The notes under the pieces were generated by a model. The model did no database searches. It was not told the DNA's origin and saw only the letters and a program-made list of their open reading frames with translations. Below, one piece after another: positions 1 through 8,930 of a stretch of DNA of 28,327 nucleotides. The stretch covers positions 1 to 28,327 of the forward strand of contig JBHJHA010000066.1 of NCBI GenBank assembly GCA_050331235.1. The letters are read 5' to 3'. Position 1 is the stretch's first letter, and each line of letters starts with the position of its first letter. The position numbers and the translations under genes are program-made. This stretch comes from Leptolyngbyaceae cyanobacterium. GTDB taxonomy: Bacteria > Cyanobacteriota > Cyanobacteriia > Phormidesmidales > Phormidesmidaceae.

Positions 1-47
1 AGTTCTTCGCCGCTTTCGGCGATCGTGATCGTCAACGGGCGAGCCAT
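1..47 (-). CDS. IS630-family transposase/HTH protein, N-terminal fragment (partial)
   Basis: Manual translation gives MARPLTITIAESGEE running off the window. Only 15 full codons are visible. Confidence 0.55.
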   Translation of the reverse strand, partial: MARPLTITIAESGEE

Positions 48-139
48 CTCTGCTTTCCTCCAATACACCGGGCTTTAGGGTAGGATGCGCTCAGCTCTAA
101 AAGGCTATTATTAAGCGCAGCGTTACAGAGTATTGGTAT
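1..139 (-). mobile_element. IS630-family insertion sequence, 5' end (truncated by window edge)
   Basis: On the minus strand an ATG at 47 begins MARPLTITIAESGEE, which resembles the N-terminus of cyanobacterial IS630 HTH/transposase ORFs. The upstream end reads TA|ATACCAATACTCTGTAACGCTGCGCTTAA (TA at 140-141), resembling IS630 termini with a TA target. The partner end is outside the window. Confidence 0.6.
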
Positions 140-664
140 TAACTAGCGAAAAATCAGAAGAGTAGCTTGCTAAGGTTAACAAAGAAACAGCACTTCAAGA
201 AAGACTTAATGGCTCTAGAATCATCTATTTAACCCTATTCGGCACTATTTTTCATGAGTTTAAGTTGATTCAAAGCGGCAAACTATTATCATTCAAGGGA
301 AATAGCTTGCTAAAAATATTCAATTGTTGCCTGCTTATTGGTGAAATTAGCACATCTCTTTTACCACCTTACTAGATTAACGAAAGTCAATATCTTCTTT
401 AAGAAAGAGATCCTGCAGTCAAAAAGCTGTCACTTATCGCGGGAAAAGGGTAGCAATAGGTAAGGGTCCAGTCTAGCAATCACCGTCTCTCGTCTGATAG
501 GTAACCGCTATCCCCTGCAGTGCAGGCGACTGTTTGAGCGTTATTGATTAATTACAAATGCTTGCCGGACTAAGAGTGTTGGGTTGGTTGACAGCTATCT
601 TAAGTTTGGTTCAAATAGATTTTTTGGTCTGCGATCGCACGCTCGACCCTATCACGCTGCTTTC

Positions 665-1414
665 ATGCTGTTTAGCCTAGCAAATTTACCATATTGGATC
701 TTTCTCGGGGCAGGACTCCTGCTCTTTTTGTTTGTCATCTTTTCCGGCGGCGGCGATGATGACATGGATTTGGATACCGATGTCGACGCTGACATCGATG
801 TTGAAGCTGACATCGACGGAGATATTGGCGGTGATGGTCCCTTTGATCTGGATGCTGAACTGGATGGCCAGAGTGGTGATTTCAGCCCATTTCAGATATT
901 GACCTGGTTTGGCGTCGGGCGTACCCCCTTAATTTTGCTGATCGCGATGGACCTGACGCTGTGGGGGTTTGTCGGTTGGGTGTTAAACGTTGCCGTAGGT
1001 GAGGCGCTGCAGTATCCACCTGTGGGGTGGGCTGCCATTGGTATATTCCTCGGCTCTCTCAGCTTTTCACTCTTTGTGGGAAGCCTGCTATCCCAGCCCA
1101 TTGGTCGTATTTTTGCTGCTTTTGGGGAAGATGCTAGCAGCGATCGCTTAGTAGGCTGCTTGGGCACCGTCACCTCCGCCTTTGTGCCTTTCGAGCACTC
1201 CGGCAAGATTGGTCAGGTTGACGTCAAAGATGCCGCTGCCAATTTCGTCACCATCAGTGCCAAACTGCCCGACTGGGCCAACATTACCCTACGGCGAGGG
1301 GCTAAGGTACTGGTCATCGAACGTTTGGGCGGATACTACCTGGTGATTGCCCGGGATAGCGCTGACCAAGAACGCTGGTTGAGCGGTGAGGAACTACCTT
1401 CTAAAAGGCTTTGA
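665..1414 (+). CDS. YqiJ/DUF1449-family membrane protein with C-terminal NfeD-like OB fold
   Basis: The likely start is ATG 665 (MLFSLANLPYW). It has a TM helix, an Asp-rich linker, a GVGRTPL motif, two more TM helices and an OB-like C-terminus (GTVTS...GQVDVKD...GAKVLVIE). It lies directly upstream of a flotillin, the classic NfeD/SPFH pairing. Confidence 0.85.
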   Translation: MLFSLANLPYWIFLGAGLLLFLFVIFSGGGDDDMDLDTDVDADIDVEADIDGDIGGDGPFDLDAELDGQSGDFSPFQILTWFGVGRTPLILLIAMDLTLWGFVGWVLNVAVGEALQYPPVGWAAIGIFLGSLSFSLFVGSLLSQPIGRIFAAFGEDASSDRLVGCLGTVTSAFVPFEHSGKIGQVDVKDAAANFVTISAKLPDWANITLRRGAKVLVIERLGGYYLVIARDSADQERWLSGEELPSKRL

Positions 1415-1456
1415 TAGTTATGTCCCTGCTACAAGTTGCAATGTAATGAGGCATGT

Positions 1457-3412
1457 ATGTTGTACTGGCTAATTTTGATTCAATCTTTGCCGACTCTGCC
1501 AGATATCGAAATTGAGGAAGAGTCACCAGCTATCGAAAGCACAGTTGTTATCGAGGATTTCTCTCTCCCATCCCCTCCAGTCGTTGGGCAGCTAGGAGGA
1601 TTGGGTATCTTAGCTTCCAGCGGGGTTGTCACCTTTATCGTACTGCTGCTGCTGGCAGTGATTGCCTACACACGCGTTTATGTCATCACCCCGACAAACG
1701 AAGCGTTCGTCAAGACTGGAGGTGTGATTCGCAAACAGAAGAAAGTCATTCTCAATGGCGGCTGCGTTGTCCTACCCGGCTTTCACGAACTCACGCGGGT
1801 GCCCCTGCGGGAACTTTCCATCGACGTTGAGCGGACTGGTAAACTGGCTGTCCGCACCCAAGATTATTTGCGGGCTGACATGCGAGTTACCTTTTATGTT
1901 TGCATCAATGCCTCTGAAGATGACGTGCTCACGGCAGCAGCGCGCCTCTCCCGGGACGGTCAAATTACGCCAGAAGATATCAAAAACGCACTGGAAAAGC
2001 GGGCTGACGACGGCATTCGTGCGGCAGCCAAAACCAAAACTTTAGCGGAAATTGACTCTGATAAGCTCGGATTTGCCCAGGAGGTACTGAATCTGATTGA
2101 ACCTGACCTGAAAAAAGTTGGACTAACACTCAACAACCTGGCTATTTCCGAAATTGAAGAAAGCGACACCTACGATACCAACAACTTTTTTGATGCCCAG
2201 GGAGTCAGGCTCCGAACAGAAACAATTCAGCGATCAATTCAGCAAAAGCGAGAAGTGGAGCTCGCCACACGCGTCGAAATTGAGCAGAAGGAACTCGATG
2301 CGGAAAAGCGATCGCTCGATATCTCTCGGGATCAGGAAGATGCCAAGCTGGCGCAAACGCTAGAGTTGGAGTCACTGAAAGCAGAACGCGAGCGCGAAAT
2401 TCAGGAAAAACGCGATCGCGAAGCAGCTACCGCGCAACGAACCAAGATTTTACAAGAGCAATCCGTTGAAGAAGAGGAAATTCAGCGACAGCTCAGTGTT
2501 CGTCAAAAACAAATCGACGCCGATATTGAACTCGAAGAGCGGCAAAAAACCTTGAAAATTGCCCAAGCTCGGCAACGCGAAGAATCGGACGTTGCCGAAG
2601 TGAATCGACAAAAGGCAGTTGACTCCGCTCAATATCTCGCGTTAGTCGATATCGCTGAGGCGGAGAAAGACTCAAAGGTCGCCCAGCAGGAGGCGGCGAT
2701 CGCGATCACCGAACGGGAGCGGGCCCGCTTTATCGCTGAAGCCGAGCGAGCCCAAGCAGAAGCAGCAGTCGCCACGGCCACTTCTGTAGAACAAGCAGAA
2801 CGAGAGCAGCGCCTAGCCGTCATTGCCGCAGAGCGGGAAGCTGAAGAGCGACGCATTGCCGATCAAAATGTGGTGGAAATTGATGTTTTTCGCAAACGGC
2901 GACAGGCCGAAATTGCCCGCCAAACAGCAGAACTAGAAGCAGAGGCCATTCGCACACTTGCCCAGGCAGAGCTTGATAAAGCCTTGGCGCAAGCTCGCGG
3001 TCAGCAAGCTAACATTGAAGCCCGTAATGCGATTAGCAATGCTAACCTCACCGCCGATGTAATCGCGCAAATTTGGCCCGAGTTATCCGATCGTCTGCCT
3101 GAGGTACTTAGGGCATTAGCACCCCAGCCAGGAGTCATTGGCGATGCTCGGATTTATGCGTTTCCTGGGGCCAATGGCGGTGAGGCCGGTAGCAACCCTG
3201 GTGATATCAACAAGTTATTGCTGTCGACCAGCGGTCTAGCCTTAATCAACAGTCTGCTAGAAGACGGCAAATTAGGAGACGTACTCGGGCAAGTTAGGAA
3301 TCTTTTACAGGGTAATGATTCAAGATCTAATGACCAAGGCTCCGATCGCCTAGCGACGGACATGGGCTCAGACGATGAATCCAGCACCGCAGATGATAGG
3401 GCTACAGAGTAG
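1457..3412 (+). CDS. Flotillin-family (SPFH/band 7) membrane protein, YqiK-like
   Basis: ATG 1457 is preceded by GAGG. It has one TM helix (VVTFIVLLLLAVIAY), an SPFH domain (NEAFVKTGG...VRTQDYLRADMRVTFYV...GLTLNNLAISEI) and a long Glu/Ala/Gln-rich coiled coil with AEA repeats. Confidence 0.92.
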   Translation: MLYWLILIQSLPTLPDIEIEEESPAIESTVVIEDFSLPSPPVVGQLGGLGILASSGVVTFIVLLLLAVIAYTRVYVITPTNEAFVKTGGVIRKQKKVILNGGCVVLPGFHELTRVPLRELSIDVERTGKLAVRTQDYLRADMRVTFYVCINASEDDVLTAAARLSRDGQITPEDIKNALEKRADDGIRAAAKTKTLAEIDSDKLGFAQEVLNLIEPDLKKVGLTLNNLAISEIEESDTYDTNNFFDAQGVRLRTETIQRSIQQKREVELATRVEIEQKELDAEKRSLDISRDQEDAKLAQTLELESLKAEREREIQEKRDREAATAQRTKILQEQSVEEEEIQRQLSVRQKQIDADIELEERQKTLKIAQARQREESDVAEVNRQKAVDSAQYLALVDIAEAEKDSKVAQQEAAIAITERERARFIAEAERAQAEAAVATATSVEQAEREQRLAVIAAEREAEERRIADQNVVEIDVFRKRRQAEIARQTAELEAEAIRTLAQAELDKALAQARGQQANIEARNAISNANLTADVIAQIWPELSDRLPEVLRALAPQPGVIGDARIYAFPGANGGEAGSNPGDINKLLLSTSGLALINSLLEDGKLGDVLGQVRNLLQGNDSRSNDQGSDRLATDMGSDDESSTADDRATE

Positions 3413-3501
3413 CGATCGCCCCTAGCCAACATTGGACCCGAGCCTGATAAACGCTAAGGTCCTTTACGTGCAAGTTGGCTAGGTCAGCCAGCCTGGCAAA
3501 C

Positions 3502-3529
3502 AGGACGGCTCAGTCCCCGCAGCCGTCCT
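3502..3529. terminator. Stem-loop between convergent genes (possible terminator or 3' stabiliser)
   Basis: Perfect 9-bp inverted repeat AGGACGGCT-N10-AGCCGTCCT. There is no clear U-tract. Confidence 0.4.
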
Positions 3530-3627
3530 CATGGGGCTCTGCACAGCAGCAACGAATCCTTTTTACTTGGTGAGCACGGGCAGTAGTAGGCAACGCTGAT
3601 CAACAGTGGTAGCACTGTATGGAATGC

Positions 3628-5043
3628 TCATGCGGTTTGCGAAATCGGTAGCTGAACCGTAAAGTCAGTGCCGATATTTGGTTGACTTTCGACGCTGATA
3701 TTGCCACCACAATACAGCAGTAGCTGTTGCACAATCGACAGTCCTAGCCCAACGCTATCGTCTTGAGGATTGGTTTGACGACCTCGATAAAAGTGATCAA
3801 AGACGTGAGGAAGCTCATTTTGTGGAATCCCGACACCGGTATCTTTGACACTAATCATCAGCATGTCATCATCAGCTGGTTGAGCTGTCACCCACACCTC
3901 TCCGCCAGAATCAGTGTACTGAATACTGTTGCTCAGCAAATGAATCACGATCTGACGCACCCAGTTTTCAGGACAGCAAATGGCTGGTAGTGTGTTGGGC
4001 ACCGTGTAAGCTAACCGAATTCCTTTCTCCTGGGCAATCGGCTGGTAGGTGCTGACAACCCCTGGCAACACGTCAAACAAATTGACGGGGTTAGGATTGG
4101 CCGTGATCATACTGCGCTCAATTTGCAGTAATTCTAAGACCCCATTGATGAGGTTAACCTGGCGATCGCACTCACGGCTAATCATGTCTAGGTAGCGCTG
4201 TCGCTGAGGAGGCTTTAAATTTGGAGAAGATAGCAGGGGCAAGGCCGTTTTAATTGCAGACAATGGCGTACGCAACTCCTGTCCAATTGTGCTTAGAAAA
4301 TCATCTTTGACGCGGAGAGTATTGAGCAAGGACTCATTTTGCGTCGAAAGGTTTGACGCCGTCATCGCCTGGCGGCGATAAGTGCGAGCTTGGTGCTGCA
4401 GACGCTCTTGGTGCAGCCCCTCTTGCAATACCAAGGCATCGATCAAACCCGCATAGCACTGATCCGGCAGTTGCAGTTGCGTTGACCAATTTTGCAGCAC
4501 AACAGCTACCGACCGCTGCTCTGGATAAGTTGCGAGACTGGCTTCGGTTAAGGGCCGTAAATCATCAATAAATTTCTGAATGAGTGGCTTTTGAAAAGTG
4601 ATTTGATACTGCACAACTGGGATTTTTTCCGTCTCGCCCCCAGCAGAATTGACATTAACCTCTTCCTCTCCATCAGTGGGTAAAGACGCCTCTGCTCGCT
4701 GCCCACGGATTAAAAAGCTAACGGTATCGGAAACAGCCAGCAAAAAATATTCTCCAGGCATGGAGTGGCTTTTAGGAACCAAAATTGACTGATGCCAGTC
4801 AAATACCTGGGCACCTTCACGGGCGAACAGATAGATATCGGGAGTGGGGCTAATGGCCTTACTGTAGTGCTGCAGATCCGCTGACCAACTATCACCCTTA
4901 GGTAATTTGGCAAATATAGAGACGCGAGCGCTTAACTGCATTAGCGCGCTCAAGGCAGTCTCGATTTGTCGCTTAAAACCTCGGGGTGAAACCTGAATCG
5001 GTTTTAGAAGGATAGTTGAGGACTGCCCAATCCTTTGCACCAT
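3628..5043 (-). CDS. Sensor histidine kinase-like protein (probable DICT-like N-terminus, HisKA, HATPase_c) with the H-box His replaced by Gln
   Basis: H-box region DDFLSTIGQELRTPL, N box HLLSNSIQYT, G1 VKDTGVGIP, F box VFDHFYR, G2 SVGLGLSIV. No TM segments. The start is uncertain (ATG 5043 or TTG 5064). Confidence 0.85.
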   Translation of the reverse strand: MVQRIGQSSTILLKPIQVSPRGFKRQIETALSALMQLSARVSIFAKLPKGDSWSADLQHYSKAISPTPDIYLFAREGAQVFDWHQSILVPKSHSMPGEYFLLAVSDTVSFLIRGQRAEASLPTDGEEEVNVNSAGGETEKIPVVQYQITFQKPLIQKFIDDLRPLTEASLATYPEQRSVAVVLQNWSTQLQLPDQCYAGLIDALVLQEGLHQERLQHQARTYRRQAMTASNLSTQNESLLNTLRVKDDFLSTIGQELRTPLSAIKTALPLLSSPNLKPPQRQRYLDMISRECDRQVNLINGVLELLQIERSMITANPNPVNLFDVLPGVVSTYQPIAQEKGIRLAYTVPNTLPAICCPENWVRQIVIHLLSNSIQYTDSGGEVWVTAQPADDDMLMISVKDTGVGIPQNELPHVFDHFYRGRQTNPQDDSVGLGLSIVQQLLLYCGGNISVESQPNIGTDFTVQLPISQTA

Positions 5044-5289
5044 AACACCAGGAACCTGTAACAAGTGTGCTCAAAACAAGCCGAATTGCTCAAATTTCTC
5101 ATTCAGCTTGCCAAATCATCAAAACATTGACATCTCGTTTTCTTTTATCTTTATTGCCTTTATCTTTATAAATCTATCTCGATTAGCTCAGAGCCTAGCA
5201 TCCCATTAGCGGGAATTAACGTAGCACCTCAATTGACCTCCTTTAGTCGATATCCCTTTCGCATTTCAAACACCTGTTCGAGTCAGACC

Positions 5290-6351
5290 TTAATGCGCAT
5301 CTAAATAGCCACGACTGACGAAAGGAATATCAACAACCTTAGCGGGAAAGTTACCGATTGCAACCTCTAAACCAGCGCCACCAGCTTTGGTCCGAATGTA
5401 GCCTAAACCTAAGATTGCATCAGCGGTTTCTATACAGCTAGTAACGACGCCAATCTTACTATCCCTCTGCATAATCGGTGTGCCGCTAGGCACTTTCTTG
5501 GCTAAGCGTAGTCCCCACAGTTGCTGTTTGACACCCTGATAGGTCTGCAACCGTGCAATCGTTTCCTGGCCGATATAGCATCCCTTATCAAAAGAGACAG
5601 CCCGCCACAAACCAGACTCTAAGGGATTGTAGTCCTCCGTTAGTTCATAACCGGGCATTGGTCGTCCCCGTTGTATCCGTAATGCTTGCCATCCTCGTTC
5701 ACCCATGGGAACAACGGCTCCCAACCTAGTCAATAGTTGCCAAAGCGCTCCACTGGCTGCTTTAGCCACTATTAGAGTAAAACCCGATAGGCCGAGGCCA
5801 GTGTCCTTAACCAAGTAGCATAGCTGGCGACCAACCTCAACTCGTTGATGGCTAGCAAACTCCATGTCTGAGGCAGTCGCTACACCCAGTTCGTGTAAGA
5901 TGCGATCGCTGTCTGGACCGATCAAAGTCAACGCTGCTGTTTTATCAGTTTCGTTTTCCAGCTTGACTTTGTCCGCAAAGAAAATGTAGCGATCCATCCA
6001 GGCCATGAGGGATTCAGCTTGCCCAGGAGAGGTCAGCAGCAAAACTGCGTCTGGCTCGACACAGGCCGTGACCAAATCCAGGGTACGTCCAGTAGACGTG
6101 ACAAATATCGTGTTGCATCCTTGCCCAGATGTCAGCAGTTGAATTTGATTAGTGGTTTGATTGTGCAAGAAGCGTAGATGATCGCTATCTGAGACTCGAA
6201 TGCGTCCCCAATGGGAGCGATCGCAAATCGCCACCCCGGTCTGGGCCGCCGCTAGTGCTGTTTCTTCGTCGCCAAAGGTTATCGGCACCTCAGAGTCTGG
6301 GCTAAAGACAGCCCCCATAGCAGCTTGCACAGTGTGTAGTGAATTGTCCAT
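5290..6351 (-). CDS. ygfZ: Folate-binding protein YgfZ (GcvT-like, Fe-S cluster assembly/repair factor)
   Basis: Signature KGCYIGQE, plus GcvT-like motifs DRSHWGRIRVS and FLHNQTTN. Confidence 0.93.
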   Translation of the reverse strand: MDNSLHTVQAAMGAVFSPDSEVPITFGDEETALAAAQTGVAICDRSHWGRIRVSDSDHLRFLHNQTTNQIQLLTSGQGCNTIFVTSTGRTLDLVTACVEPDAVLLLTSPGQAESLMAWMDRYIFFADKVKLENETDKTAALTLIGPDSDRILHELGVATASDMEFASHQRVEVGRQLCYLVKDTGLGLSGFTLIVAKAASGALWQLLTRLGAVVPMGERGWQALRIQRGRPMPGYELTEDYNPLESGLWRAVSFDKGCYIGQETIARLQTYQGVKQQLWGLRLAKKVPSGTPIMQRDSKIGVVTSCIETADAILGLGYIRTKAGGAGLEVAIGNFPAKVVDIPFVSRGYLDAH

Positions 6352-6477
6352 CGTCGCTTAGTTGGGAAAGTTGAATCAACGGCATTGATACTATTGGCCA
6401 TCCTCGGGTCAATCCCTCGGCATCCGTAGCCAATGCTATCAATCGGTGCAAGGGCGGTCCCCTGCTCACTAGCAATC

Positions 6478-6876
6478 CTAACCACTATCAGCGTCACCTT
6501 CAGCTTGCTCAGTTGGACACTTTGGCGGCGGGTCTATCTCTGCAACTAAACGGCATTCTCCCGCTGTTTGCCCCCGTAGTCGTCGGCTGAGATAAACCAA
6601 GACACCCCCGAAGAGTGGCACCGCAGGCATCGCAATTAGCCACAATACAGAAGGGGCCTCCACACTCACAGCCTGAGCATCCTCCGCTATTGGCATGGCC
6701 TGTTCCTGTGCAACCAAGGTCCTTGCATTTCGCCAGTACGAGGGATCGCGATGACGGCTACTATCTGCAACCGCGATCGCCGGCCCATGAGGGTTCAAAT
6801 TAATAACCGTCGGCTCAGCCGGCAGCGGCACGAACAACCACAACCAGACCAACGCGACAAAACGGGATGCGTTCAT
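6478..6876 (-). CDS. Hypothetical protein with an N-terminal hydrophobic/signal segment and one further TM helix
   Basis: 132-aa ORF with an ATG start, co-oriented with its neighbours. Hydrophobic segments are FVALVWLWLFVPL and VLWLIAMPAVPLFGGVLVYL, the latter followed by SRRLR. Confidence 0.55.
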   Translation of the reverse strand: MNASRFVALVWLWLFVPLPAEPTVINLNPHGPAIAVADSSRHRDPSYWRNARTLVAQEQAMPIAEDAQAVSVEAPSVLWLIAMPAVPLFGGVLVYLSRRLRGQTAGECRLVAEIDPPPKCPTEQAEGDADSG

Positions 6877-7069
6877 GGGTACCGCCTAAGTTCAAAGCGT
6901 TCTGCTGCTGCTGACCGAGCACATCAGATCAAAATCAACTCACCGAACAGCTATCCAATGGCTAGCCCGTCAGATGCTTGCTCATTTTAATTCGACTCCC
7001 CCCTTATCGCTGCTATTCATCAACGATAGGCCCTGCCAAGTTGGTAATGCCTTCAACACCACTCTATTT

Positions 7070-8056
7070 TCATACCGGAAAGCTCCACAGCCAGATCGGT
7101 AAAGTAATCAATAAAGATGCCGAACTGAGCCCGACACAAGTCACGGCCAAATCTCGATCTAAATCAAAGGTCTCTGTCAAAACGAGCGTTGCAAATGCCG
7201 ACGGCATCGCTGCTTGCAAAACGATTACCAAACGCGGGGCACCAACTACGCCAAATATCGTAAGCACCCAGCCAATCATGAGCGGGGCGATCGCCATACG
7301 AATCAAGGCCGCCATCAGCGCCGGCTGAATTTGCTGAAACGATCGTAACTGCTGCAAACGCATGCCCATGAGCACGAGCGATAACATGACCATTGACCAA
7401 GCAAAGGCTTGAAGACCCGCCTCTAACCACAGAGGCAACTCCTTTAAACGCAGCAGCAGCCCTAGGCCAAAAGCAGGCAATGTAGGTGCGGTCAGCAATG
7501 CTATCAAGCTCCGCCGCCATGGTGGCTGCCCCCCTGCAGAATCAGTGGTGTGGCCATAGTAAGCCCCTAGCATCGAGCCTAAACCGTAAGCGCCAAGTAC
7601 AGTTCCCAGCAGATCATAAAAGACCGCCCAACCAAAATAGGTCGTTCCTAACTGCGGCAATAGCAAAATCACCGGGAAACCAATGTAGCCAGTGTTGCCC
7701 ACCATGGCCGATAGCAAAAAGGTCCCCTTTGTCGGTTGTGGCCAGTCTGCATGCCGGAGTTGTAGCCAAAGCCAAGCCAGCAGTAGTGCAAGGCCAAAAG
7801 TCAGCCAAGCCATCACCGGAGCCAGCCAAACCCCGCCCGTCAAATCAGCCTGACGCAAAAAGTGAATAAGACTCAGCGGCACCCCAACCCAAAACAAAAA
7901 CTGTCCCAAATAGGCGGGAACACGATATTGCCAAACCTGGGTAACCGCTGACGGCGATCGCCATCGGCCCAGCAAAGCACTAATCAACAGCCCAACCAAT
8001 ACCCCCCCACAGAGCGGTAGATAAATTTGAGCTAAAAACCACACAGGCATCCTCAC
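7070..8056 (-). CDS. AEC (auxin efflux carrier) family transporter
   Basis: About 10 TM helices, with family motifs VGNTGYIGFPV, FYDLLG and LQAAMPSAF. The start is GTG 8056 or ATG 8050. Confidence 0.9.
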   Translation of the reverse strand: MRMPVWFLAQIYLPLCGGVLVGLLISALLGRWRSPSAVTQVWQYRVPAYLGQFLFWVGVPLSLIHFLRQADLTGGVWLAPVMAWLTFGLALLLAWLWLQLRHADWPQPTKGTFLLSAMVGNTGYIGFPVILLLPQLGTTYFGWAVFYDLLGTVLGAYGLGSMLGAYYGHTTDSAGGQPPWRRSLIALLTAPTLPAFGLGLLLRLKELPLWLEAGLQAFAWSMVMLSLVLMGMRLQQLRSFQQIQPALMAALIRMAIAPLMIGWVLTIFGVVGAPRLVIVLQAAMPSAFATLVLTETFDLDRDLAVTCVGLSSASLLITLPIWLWSFPV

Positions 8057-8410
8057 GATTCAACAAACAGGGGATTCGACCGCTCAAGACCAGACATCCC
8101 CACACTGCAGTCGAAGACACCCTGGGACATCAGTGAGTTAGGCAGCAACACAGGTGATAAGAGGCTGAAGTGCAGTTCCCCCATCCCATCTATAGCCAGC
8201 ATGTCACAGTAGGCCCGTCCGGAGGCAAGACACTCAGGCGAAATGAACTGCGAACAGTCAGCCCTATTCCCCCTGCTTCAAAGTCAGACCTTGGCTATCG
8301 GCATTGATAAGCCATCAACGCTTTACTCATAAAAATTGAGCATTGTGGATGATGTCAGATGTCTACGGAGATATCACCCATGCGAAACCAGCCCTAAATC
8401 CATCCCAGTT

Positions 8411-8773
8411 CTAAAAGGCATCCAGGTCTAAGGCTTTTGAGCCCCCCTGCTGAATCTGGGCCAAAATGACACCGAGTTGCCGCCACACTAGCCAAGCCAT
8501 GAGCGCTGTCAGTACTCCCCCAAGGCCATAGGAAACTTTGGCCGAAAACCCAAAAAACTGAATTCCAGAAGCTAAGGCTACGCAGACACCTAAGCAAATC
8601 CCCAAGTAGGATAGCTGCAACGAAAAGCCCCGAATATCTTCCAAAGAACTCGCCGTTGGATTTTTGGCCCACTCGCGGGTGGCTTGCTGCAAAGAAGCAC
8701 TAAAGGCAGAACCAGCTGCGATCGCTGACAAGAAACCGGCAAGCATCAATACATAGGGGGGTTGAGGATACAC
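8411..8773 (-). CDS. Conserved cyanobacterial hypothetical membrane protein (about 3 TM)
   Basis: GTG start with GGAGG upstream. The N-terminus PQPPYVLMLAGF and C-terminus GGSKALDLD resemble a widespread cyanobacterial hypothetical family. Confidence 0.75.
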   Translation of the reverse strand: MYPQPPYVLMLAGFLSAIAAGSAFSASLQQATREWAKNPTASSLEDIRGFSLQLSYLGICLGVCVALASGIQFFGFSAKVSYGLGGVLTALMAWLVWRQLGVILAQIQQGGSKALDLDAF

Positions 8774-8855
8774 GAAAAACGACCTCCAAAAGCCGTGAGA
8801 AGAATACGAAGAAATGTAAAACTTGGTCCAATTATATAGCTTTGGTTTACTGCTG

Positions 8856-8883
8856 AAAATAGCTGAACTGAGAGTGCTTCAGC
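8856..8883 (-). terminator. Putative intrinsic terminator downstream of the GH57 gene
   Basis: The minus strand reads GCTGAA-GCACTCTCAG-TTCAGC followed by TATTTT, about 50 nt after the GH57 stop. Confidence 0.35.
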
Positions 8884-8930
8884 AGCTTTGGTCACCAGCT
8901 TTCTGTCTAACGGCCACAGGCCTCTCGGCG

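Noticed and set aside
8053..8202. 49-aa minus-strand ORF ending at the AEC transporter start
   Set aside because: There is no clear RBS, no recognisable motif and unremarkable composition, so it is likely chance.
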